A stretch of DNA of 33,743 nucleotides from Alphaproteobacteria bacterium (GTDB taxonomy: Bacteria > Pseudomonadota > Alphaproteobacteria > Micavibrionales > UBA2020), in the NCBI GenBank assembly GCA_020853455.1, contig JADYYV010000185.1, forward strand, positions 1 through 33,743, in the 5' to 3' direction. Shown here one piece after another: positions 8,616-15,270 of this stretch (the first letter of the stretch is position 1; every line of letters begins with the position of its first letter). The notes under the pieces are model-generated. The model was not told where the DNA came from. It saw only the letters and a program-made list of their open reading frames with translations, and searched no databases. The translations under genes were made by a program, and so were the position numbers.

Positions 8616-10070
8616 CTATGCTGCCGGACGGCAGATTGTTTTTTCTTCGGTAAAGAATTCGAGCGCGTGCATCCCGCCCTCGCGCCCGACGCCGGAATTT
8701 TTCATGCCGCCGAAGGGTGTGCGCAAATCGCGCATGTTCCAGCAATTGATCCAGACGATGCCGCTGTCGATGCGCGCGGCCACGCGCTTTGCGCGGTCGG
8801 AATTTTCGGTCCAGATCGACGCCGCCAAGCCATATTGCGTGCTGTTGGCAATCTCCACCGCCTCATCCTCATCGCGGAAGGGCATCAGCGTGACGACGGG
8901 CCCGAAAATTTCTTCCTGATTGGTGCGGCATTGCGCGGGCAGGCCTTCGATCACGGTGGGTTCGATGAAATAACCGTTTGCGCAGCGCCCCTGCACGATG
9001 CGGCGGTTGCCGCCGACCAGTATCTTGCCGCCTTCCTGCTGCGCGAGGTCGATATAGCCCAGCACCTTTTCCATGTGCTGCTTCGACACCATCGCGCCCA
9101 TCAGCGTATCGGGCGCAAGCGGATCGCCGATGGAGATTTCCTTCACCTGCGCCACGAATTCGTCGCGGAATTTTTTGTAGATATCCTGCTGTACAAGAAT
9201 TCGGGAGCCGCAAAGGCAGATTTGCCCCTGATTGGTGAAGCCCGCCATTTTCGCGCCCTGCAGCGACAGGTCGTGATTGGCATCGTCAAAAATAACGGTC
9301 GGATTTTTTCCGCCCAGTTCCAGCGACACTTTTTTCAGCTGCGCCGATGCCGCCTGATAAATGCCGCGCCCGGTGACCGTACCGCCGGTGAAAGATATGG
9401 CGGGAATCCGCGGATGGCTGGTGATGGCAGCGCCAATCTGCGCGCCGCGCCCGTGCAGCACGTTCAGCACGCCTGCGGGACAGCCCGCCTCGGTCGCCAG
9501 CGCCGACATCAGGTAAGCCGTCATCGGCGTCACTTCGCTGGGCTTTGCAATCACGCAGTTGCCGGATGCCAGCGCGGGCGCGAGTTTCCATGTGAACAGC
9601 AGAAGCGGCAGGTTCCAGGGCGATATCGTCGCAACCACGCCATAGGGCTGGCGCAGCGTATAGCTGAATGATTTTTCCGAGGTGAATTCCTGCCCGCGGA
9701 ATTGTGTGCCGAGATCGGCGAAGAAGCGCAGGTTATTGATGCTGCGCGGGATATCCATGCCGCGCGCAAGGCTGAGGGGCTTGCCGTTATCGACGCATTC
9801 CGCCATCGCAAAATCGTCGATGCGCTGCTCCATCAAGTCGGCGAGTTTGTGCATGATCGCGGCACGCGCCTGCGCCCCCATGTCGCGCCAGCCTGCGGCG
9901 GCATCATGCGCGGCGGTCACCGCCAGTTCAAGGTCGCGCGCGTCGGAATCCGGCACCTGCGCATAAACCGCACCGGTCGCGGGATTTTCGCAGTCGAAAT
10001 ATTTTCCGGACAGCGGATCGACCAATTGGCCGCCGATATAATTCCGTATATTTCCGCCGAATGCCGTCAT
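8616..10070 (-). CDS. NAD+-dependent aldehyde dehydrogenase, candidate 2-aminomuconate-6-semialdehyde dehydrogenase
   Basis: ALDH glutamate block LELGGKNP and cysteine block FTNQGQICLCGSR, 484 aa. Its ATG directly follows the SDR stop (TAAATG at 10068-10073). Confidence 0.85.
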   Translation of the reverse strand: MTAFGGNIRNYIGGQLVDPLSGKYFDCENPATGAVYAQVPDSDARDLELAVTAAHDAAAGWRDMGAQARAAIMHKLADLMEQRIDDFAMAECVDNGKPLSLARGMDIPRSINNLRFFADLGTQFRGQEFTSEKSFSYTLRQPYGVVATISPWNLPLLLFTWKLAPALASGNCVIAKPSEVTPMTAYLMSALATEAGCPAGVLNVLHGRGAQIGAAITSHPRIPAISFTGGTVTGRGIYQAASAQLKKVSLELGGKNPTVIFDDANHDLSLQGAKMAGFTNQGQICLCGSRILVQQDIYKKFRDEFVAQVKEISIGDPLAPDTLMGAMVSKQHMEKVLGYIDLAQQEGGKILVGGNRRIVQGRCANGYFIEPTVIEGLPAQCRTNQEEIFGPVVTLMPFRDEDEAVEIANSTQYGLAASIWTENSDRAKRVAARIDSGIVWINCWNMRDLRTPFGGMKNSGVGREGGMHALEFFTEEKTICRPAA

Positions 10071-10859
10071 TTACAAACCGCCCGTGCGCCCGCCATCGAC
10101 AGGCAGGTTGATGCCGTTGATATAACCGGCGGCGGGGCTGGCAAGGAAGGCGATTGCCGCGCCCAGTTCATGCGGCTGGCCGAAACGCCCTGCGGGAATG
10201 GCGGCAATTTCCTCCGCCTTTACATCGGCCTCGCTCTTGCCGGTTTTTTTGGATTTGCCGGAGATGATTTCCTTCATGCGGCCCGTATCGGTCGCGCCCG
10301 GCAGCACGTTATTGACGGTAATGCCATGCCCGCCCAATTCATTCGCCAGCGTTTTCGCCCATTGCGCGACCGCGCCGCGAATGGTGTTGGAAACGCCAAG
10401 CCCCTTCACCGGCTGCTTCACGGATGTCGACAGCACATTGATGATGCGCCCGTATTTGGCGGCAATCATGCCCGGCACCACGGCCTGCGCCATGGTTTGG
10501 GCGAACAGCATATGCTGGGTAAAGATGGCGGCAAAATCATGGACGCTGGAATCAATCGCCGCACCCGCCGGCGGGCCGCCGCCGTTGTTGACAAGAATAT
10601 GCACCGCGCCATGTTCGGCGATATGCTTTACCGCCTTCGCCGCGACATCTTCGGTATCCATGGAATCCGCGACGATATAATGGTGTGTCTGGCCTTTGGA
10701 TATGTCGAGCGTTTCGACGACCGCCTTCAGCCCCTCTTCGCTCCGCGCCAGCACGGTCACGCTTGCGCCCAGCAGCGCCAGTTCTTCGGCAGCCGCGCGC
10801 CCGATGCCTTTGCTTGCGCCACAGACGATCGCCTGCTTGCCGGTGAGGTCGAGGTTCAT
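10071..10859 (-). CDS. Atypical short-chain dehydrogenase/reductase (SxxxR in place of YxxxK)
   Basis: Rossmann motif GKQAIVCGASKGIG and NNGG block. I chose ATG at 10859 because AAGGA lies 7 nt upstream. The 35-codon extension to 10964 is rejected. The active-site segment reads GVSNTIRGAV where classical SDRs have Y-x3-K. Confidence 0.8.
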   Translation of the reverse strand: MNLDLTGKQAIVCGASKGIGRAAAEELALLGASVTVLARSEEGLKAVVETLDISKGQTHHYIVADSMDTEDVAAKAVKHIAEHGAVHILVNNGGGPPAGAAIDSSVHDFAAIFTQHMLFAQTMAQAVVPGMIAAKYGRIINVLSTSVKQPVKGLGVSNTIRGAVAQWAKTLANELGGHGITVNNVLPGATDTGRMKEIISGKSKKTGKSEADVKAEEIAAIPAGRFGQPHELGAAIAFLASPAAGYINGINLPVDGGRTGGL

Positions 10860-10938
10860 ATGCACATCCTTTTTTAAGGTGGATTGGTTGTAACATACTG
10901 GCAGGCAAGCATAAAACGATAGTTGCATACCGCGTTTC

Positions 10939-10967
10939 TTGATTATTTTCCGGAAATTGGGCATAAT
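10939..10967 (+). promoter_or_regulatory. Sigma70-like promoter TTGATT-N17-CATAAT with the perfect palindrome TTTCCGGAAA (10947-10956) in the spacer
   Basis: Read directly: TTGATT at 10939-10944 and CATAAT at 10962-10967, about 38 nt upstream of the antitoxin-candidate ATG (11005). It lies in the divergent spacer shared with the kynurenine operon. Confidence 0.35.
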
Positions 10968-11004
10968 ATACTGTATTCAATCGTTTTTCAGCCGAGGGTC
11001 GCCC

Positions 11005-11166
11005 ATGTCATCCCCCGACACCCAAAAAATTCCAGATGCTGCGGAACTGGCGCAACGCTGGAAAGATCTCGTTGAAAAATTCGACAAGGAACTGCGCGAC
11101 AAGGGCCTGACCGACGAGCAGCGCGAACAGCTGTTAAAAGAAATCCTGGAGGGTGACGACGCATGA
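11005..11166 (+). CDS. Small acidic helical protein, candidate antitoxin of the PIN toxin
   Basis: 53 aa (MSSPDTQKIPDAAELAQRWKDLVEKF...ILEGDDA). GAGGG lies 7 nt upstream of the ATG. Its stop overlaps the PIN start (ATGA at 11163-11166). I see no recognisable DNA-binding motif. Confidence 0.45.
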   Translation: MSSPDTQKIPDAAELAQRWKDLVEKFDKELRDKGLTDEQREQLLKEILEGDDA

Positions 11167-11675
11167 GCGAATATCGCGAGAAGGTCGTCCTCGATACCAA
11201 CATCATGCTCTCGGCGCTTATGAGCCCGAACGGCACTTCGGCCGCTGCCGTTGCCTCCGTGCTTATGAATAACGATGTCGTGCAGAGCGCCCAGACCTAT
11301 GCCGAGCTGGGAGAGAAACTGGCCAGCAAGAAATTGCAGAAATATATCCCCGCCGAACTCCGCCAGCAGGCGCTCGATTTCTTCGCCGCCGCCGCCGAGT
11401 TTGTGGAGGCTCCCTGCAAGCACACCGCCTGCCGCGACCCCAAGGATAACAAGTTTCTGGATATCGCCGATGCCGGCGGCGCGGTAACTCTGGTGACCGG
11501 CGACAAAGATCTGCTGGCTCTGCAGGGGCAGGAAAAGGCACTGGGCATGAATTTCAATAGTATGTCCGGCCGCAACTGGCTCGATCTGCATCCGCTGCCG
11601 GTTCAGGCGGCTGCCAATGATGCGAATACATCAGTGCCAAGCATGTTTACCCTGCGCCAACCGGTTTTGGGCTAG
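11163..11675 (+). CDS. PIN-domain ribonuclease toxin (TIGR00305-like PIN family) with a C-terminal extension
   Basis: The N-terminal VVLDTNIMLSAL, DPKDNKFLDIA and VTGDKDLL blocks supply the acidic PIN residues. The last ~40 aa extend beyond the usual ~135-aa domain. Confidence 0.8.
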   Translation: MSEYREKVVLDTNIMLSALMSPNGTSAAAVASVLMNNDVVQSAQTYAELGEKLASKKLQKYIPAELRQQALDFFAAAAEFVEAPCKHTACRDPKDNKFLDIADAGGAVTLVTGDKDLLALQGQEKALGMNFNSMSGRNWLDLHPLPVQAAANDANTSVPSMFTLRQPVLG

Positions 11676-11702
11676 GTAATTTATTACATTATTATTCACG
11701 AA

Positions 11703-11810
11703 TAATTCTTTGATTTATCGAAGAATTACAGGCGGCATCGGACGCAGCTTAAACGCATGTGATACTTGAATTTCATACGACAATCATTTGATTTATCGGC
11801 CTTAAGTATC
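11703..11810. repeat. Structured AT-rich spacer: hairpin TAATTCTT-N10-AAGAATTA, the 11-mer TTGATTTATCG twice, and inverted repeat GATACTT...AAGTATC
   Basis: Read directly. The 8-bp stem is at 11703-11710 / 11721-11728. TTGATTTATCG is at 11710-11720 and 11788-11798. GATACTT at 11761-11767 pairs with AAGTATC at 11804-11810. Each 11-mer lies in the loop of an inverted repeat (the first overlaps its stem by 1 nt). Confidence 0.5.
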
Positions 11811-11974
11811 CACAAACTGTGGCGGGATCTTCCGGCTGCAAGAAATCACTTTAACCGTCATTTTCTGCTCCATGATCTTGCTTCATTAATTTGCTTCACA
11901 TGAAACAGCGCCGCGCCATCTTGACCCCGCCCTGTTCCGCGGATAGGCTTTGGGTATTCACAGGAGAGTTACGG

Positions 11975-12217
11975 ATGAGCACCCTCGACGAAGCCCGCAA
12001 GGCCAAGACCAAGGTCGGCAAATTACTGGCCAGCGCCTTCAACCGCGCCGCAAAAAATCCCGTGAACGGCATCGGCATCAGCAACGTCAAAGACGATTAT
12101 CATGTGACCGTCCGGCTGGAACGTCAGCCGACGCCCGAGGAAACCGCCAACCTGCCGCGCGAATGCGATGGCGTTGCAGTGAAATACAAAATCACCGGCC
12201 CGATCGTCGCCCAGTAA
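11975..12217 (+). CDS. Hypothetical 80-aa protein
   Basis: ATG at 11975 with AGGAGA 7 nt upstream. MSTLDEARKAKTKVGKLL...VKYKITGPIVAQ. I recognise no family. Its stop lies 4 nt from the stop of the convergent gene. Confidence 0.5.
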   Translation: MSTLDEARKAKTKVGKLLASAFNRAAKNPVNGIGISNVKDDYHVTVRLERQPTPEETANLPRECDGVAVKYKITGPIVAQ

Positions 12218-12221
12218 GCTT

Positions 12222-13271
12222 CTATTCTTTTTGCGGTAATGCCTTCACGGTGCCTTCGGCCCCGTCGATGCTCAGCCACAACTTGCCCTGTTTTTCGGAA
12301 AGCGTCTGGATGTCGCGCAGGAAATCCTGCCCGATGCCGGTGACACAGGGGATGCCCTGTTCCCGAGCCACGGTGCAGGCATGGGACAGCGCCCCGCCTT
12401 CGGCGAACAGCAGACCATAGGCATGGGGGAACAGCTCGACTGTTTCCGGCCGTGCGCGGGGAAATACCAGAATAGGGAATTCGGACGGATCAAGCGCGGA
12501 GAGGCGCGCCTCGGCGTTTTTCAGGATAATCGCCCTGCCCGTCACCTGCCCGCCGCAAACGGGCAGGCCCTTCCATTCGGTCGCCGCGGGCTGAGGGGTT
12601 TGTGCCGTGGGCACAGGGGCGGCTTCATCCGGCTTGTCCCAGAAAAAGGCCGGCGTGTCGGGCTCGACCGACCTTGCAGGGCGCGGCGGGAAGATTTCCA
12701 GCCAGGCAGATGATAACTGTGTGCGGCGTTTCTGGATGCCCTGGATCTGCATCATCGTTTTCCGGACCGTAAAGGGTGATTTGTCGGGTGCCGCCAGCCA
12801 TTGCGCGAATTCCTGCGGGCTGCCCGACGGCAGACGCTGCATCAGCGCCTGCAGCGCAAGGCCCAGCGCCGTGCTTTCCAGCAGTTTCGCATCGCGCCCC
12901 TGCGGCAGCGGCGATTTGCAGGCGTTATCGACGTATTTTTCGATGCGCCACTGGCTTTTGACCAGCGCGAAGGTGCGCAGCAGGTTGTTGCGCTGCGTAT
13001 AGGTCCAGCCGCCGCCGCGTTCCGTCACATACATCCAGCCGCAGCTGACCGTTTCGACGATCTCGCTCCAGTTCACGTAAGGAACGGTTTTGTACCAGCT
13101 GACCAGCGGCCCGCGCGACGGCGGCAGCGCCAGCACATCCAGCGCGCGCGACCAGATGGACTGCGCGTTGGTCGGGTCATATACGTCTTCCAGCAGCTGC
13201 TGTTCCTGCGGCGTAAAGCTCGACGGCAGCGAAGCGTCTTCGGAAAACTTCATCCAGAGCGTTTTCAGCAC
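12222..13271 (-). CDS. PEP-utilising-enzyme mobile (swivel, phosphohistidine) domain protein with an unassigned ~230-aa N-terminal region
   Basis: The C-terminal ~110 aa, VCGGQVTGRAIIL...LLFAEGGALSHACTVAREQGIPCVTG, match the phosphohistidine swivel domain of PEP synthase, PPDK and rifampicin phosphotransferase. GTG start at 13271, with GGGGA 6 nt upstream, lies 2 nt after the upstream stop. Confidence 0.75.
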   Translation of the reverse strand: MLKTLWMKFSEDASLPSSFTPQEQQLLEDVYDPTNAQSIWSRALDVLALPPSRGPLVSWYKTVPYVNWSEIVETVSCGWMYVTERGGGWTYTQRNNLLRTFALVKSQWRIEKYVDNACKSPLPQGRDAKLLESTALGLALQALMQRLPSGSPQEFAQWLAAPDKSPFTVRKTMMQIQGIQKRRTQLSSAWLEIFPPRPARSVEPDTPAFFWDKPDEAAPVPTAQTPQPAATEWKGLPVCGGQVTGRAIILKNAEARLSALDPSEFPILVFPRARPETVELFPHAYGLLFAEGGALSHACTVAREQGIPCVTGIGQDFLRDIQTLSEKQGKLWLSIDGAEGTVKALPQKE

Positions 13272-13273
13272 AA

Positions 13274-14674
13274 TCAGTCCCCGCGTGTCAGCAAATGAAC
13301 GCCGCCATAGGCCGTGAAGTCATGGGGCGTTGTAATATATAACACATCGCGATCGAAAACGGGAGCGGCATAGCCGCCCTGCGGTTTCTTGATCCGGCGG
13401 ATTTCCGTGCCGTCTTCGGCATTACGGATGGAAATAACCCCGTCCGATGTCATACCCGCCAGCAGGGGCGGTGTGCTGTTGGCGCGCAGGCCTGCGGGGG
13501 CAAGGAATTCCGTGCCCTGCTTCACATGCCACAGCTTGCTGCCGTCCTTGATATTGAGTGCGATCAGGTCGCCGCTTTTCAGCGTATGGATCACGATCCC
13601 TTTATCCGCCAGCACGGCGGCTTCCGGCAGCGGCATGCCCGGCAGATTGACCGACCAGATAATTTTTCCATCTGTGCCGACCGCATGTGACCATCCCTTG
13701 TCATCCGCTTTCTGCGGCCCGACCTGCCCGACAGCCGTCGTCAGAAGGATGCGATCCGCGCCGCCCATCTGCGGTGATCCCATCGTGTTACCGGGCAAGG
13801 TCGTTTTCCATTCTATATCGCCGTCATCGGGATCGAGCGACGACAATTCCGCGCCCACTTTTTTTTCGTCCGGCTGGGCGGAGATATAAAGATGGTCGTC
13901 ATGCAGCAGCGGCGTCGCATCGGTATGCCCGATTTTATTGCGCCACAAAACCGCGCCGTCTTTCATGTCGAGCGCCCAGATGCCTTCCTCCCCCGCGCAG
14001 GTCCACAAACGGCGGTTTTTCGCATCCAGCGTCGTTTGCGATTCAACATGGCTGCGGAATTGACGTTCCCATACCGACTTGCCGTCGGGCAGCGAAAAGG
14101 CGGTGAGCGAGGCGGATGGCGCGGTATGCAGACCTTCCCCCACAAACGCCATATCCTTCAGCACGGCGGCATTGGTGAAGATCGGCTCTTTCTTTTTCAG
14201 CGACCATGCCAGCTTGCCGTCGGCGCGCGCATGGGCATCCAGCGTCGCTTCAAACGTGCCCAGCAAAATCAGGTCGCCCGCGATGACGGGCGATGCCAGC
14301 GTTTCGTTCTTGGTTTTGACCGACCAAAGTTCGGAAAATGAATCATACTTCTGGTCGGCGGGCGCAGCGGCGTTGCCGTGCGTTTCCAGTTTGGACATAT
14401 CCGCCGCCGCCAGCAGGCGCGACCCTTCCGCTTCGCTGGGTTTTTGCGTATGGCTCCAGACAACCGTCGCGCCAGCCGCGATAAAACAGACCGCCGCGAA
14501 ACCGAGTATCTTGCGGCGATGCCGCGACCAGAACGCCGCCTGCGACGCCCCCGCAACCGCGCCCACGGCGGTGAGCAGCCACGGCAAAATCTCCACCATC
14601 GGGATCAATGCGGGAAAGATATAGAGACGTCCGGAAAGACGCGGAAAAGGCGGGACGGTTTTCTGGTCGATCAT
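13274..14674 (-). CDS. Membrane-anchored PQQ-like (BamB-like) beta-propeller repeat protein
   Basis: The N-terminal hydrophobic segments LYIFPALIPMVEILPWLLTAVGAVAGA and ILGFAAVCFIAAGATVVW are separated by SRHRRK. Repeated DG..W/LW blade motifs follow: ADGKLAWS, PDGKSVWE, KDGAVLWR, DDGDIEWK, TDGKIIWS, KDGSKLWH, EDGTEIRR. ATG at 14674 has AGGGAG upstream. The ORF is open to 14698. Confidence 0.75.
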   Translation of the reverse strand: MIDQKTVPPFPRLSGRLYIFPALIPMVEILPWLLTAVGAVAGASQAAFWSRHRRKILGFAAVCFIAAGATVVWSHTQKPSEAEGSRLLAAADMSKLETHGNAAAPADQKYDSFSELWSVKTKNETLASPVIAGDLILLGTFEATLDAHARADGKLAWSLKKKEPIFTNAAVLKDMAFVGEGLHTAPSASLTAFSLPDGKSVWERQFRSHVESQTTLDAKNRRLWTCAGEEGIWALDMKDGAVLWRNKIGHTDATPLLHDDHLYISAQPDEKKVGAELSSLDPDDGDIEWKTTLPGNTMGSPQMGGADRILLTTAVGQVGPQKADDKGWSHAVGTDGKIIWSVNLPGMPLPEAAVLADKGIVIHTLKSGDLIALNIKDGSKLWHVKQGTEFLAPAGLRANSTPPLLAGMTSDGVISIRNAEDGTEIRRIKKPQGGYAAPVFDRDVLYITTPHDFTAYGGVHLLTRGD

Positions 14675-14803
14675 GCGAAATACTCCCTGTTCCACCATAA
14701 GACGATTCTGGGCGGCGGATCCTTGGCGCGGATATAGTGATATATGCAGCGCAGATTGGCAACGTGCAAGCGGCTGATATCTGTCGGGTTTTGGAACTTA
14801 TTA

Positions 14804-14866
14804 ATTAGCCTATTGACTAAATGATGAAGTGGGCGCGATAATAGATTATTAGCCGTTTAGCTAAAT
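14804..14866. promoter_or_regulatory. Two copies of ATTAGCC-N6-CTAAAT (44 bp apart), bracketing the -10 of a TTGACT-N18-GATAAT promoter
   Basis: Read directly. Copy 1 is at 14804-14822 and copy 2 at 14848-14866. TTGACT is at 14813-14818 and GATAAT at 14837-14842. Copy 1 covers the -35 and copy 2 covers the predicted start-site region upstream of the DCC-family gene (ATG 14881). Confidence 0.4.
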
Positions 14867-14880
14867 AATGGTATGCCCGC

Positions 14881-15270
14881 ATGACCGGTAAAATTGAAAT
14901 CCTCTACGACGACCAATGCCCCGTCTGCCGCGGCTATTGCACGAAGGTGCGGTTGAAGGAAGATGCACATGAAATCACGCTGACCGACGCGCGAAAGCCC
15001 GGCGCGCTGATGGAAGAAGTCACCGCGCAGGGGCTCGATATCGACGAAGGCATGGTCGTCAAAATCGACGGAAAAATATATTACGGCAGCGAAGCGATGC
15101 GCGTGCTGGTGCCGCTGACGAAGGCCGGCCGCGTTCAGCGCCTGCTATTCGGCACCAAAAACCTGTCGGCAGCCGTCTATGGCTTTTGCAAGACCGTGCG
15201 CAACATTTTGCTGCGCGCCCTGCGCATCCGTAAAATCGACAACCTCAAAGATCCTCGATATCGCAGTTGA
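14881..15270 (+). CDS. DCC-family (DUF393) thiol-disulfide oxidoreductase
   Basis: The N-terminal ILYDDQCPVCRGYC motif (CxxC close to the N-terminus) and the ~130-aa size are typical of DCC1-like proteins. Confidence 0.7.
   Translation: MTGKIEILYDDQCPVCRGYCTKVRLKEDAHEITLTDARKPGALMEEVTAQGLDIDEGMVVKIDGKIYYGSEAMRVLVPLTKAGRVQRLLFGTKNLSAAVYGFCKTVRNILLRALRIRKIDNLKDPRYRS

Noticed and set aside
8586-10877. Plus-strand ORFs 8586..9671 (361 aa) and 9702..10877 (391 aa)
   Set aside because: They run antisense to the aldehyde dehydrogenase and SDR genes and have low-complexity composition. The same reasoning applies to 19838..21289, 22430..23452, 23633..24631, 3572..4507, 1803..2609 and 5913..6587.
11710-11798. 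Repeated 11-mers, and the 19-mers at 14804-14866, as a possible CRISPR-like array
   Set aside because: Each motif has only two copies, the repeats are too short and there are no cas genes. They fit operator or structural repeats better.
11806-11814. GTATCCACA, an 8/9 match to the DnaA box TTATCCACA, inside the AT-rich spacer
   Set aside because: It is a single imperfect box with no cluster of boxes, no DNA-unwinding-element-like repeats and no replication genes nearby. It is not credible as an origin.
10939-15270. Possible mobile element or genomic island (toxin-antitoxin pair, orphan genes, AT-rich spacers)
   Set aside because: There is no integrase, transposase, tRNA target or flanking direct repeats. 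I describe the patch as accessory-looking only and make no mobile-element call.
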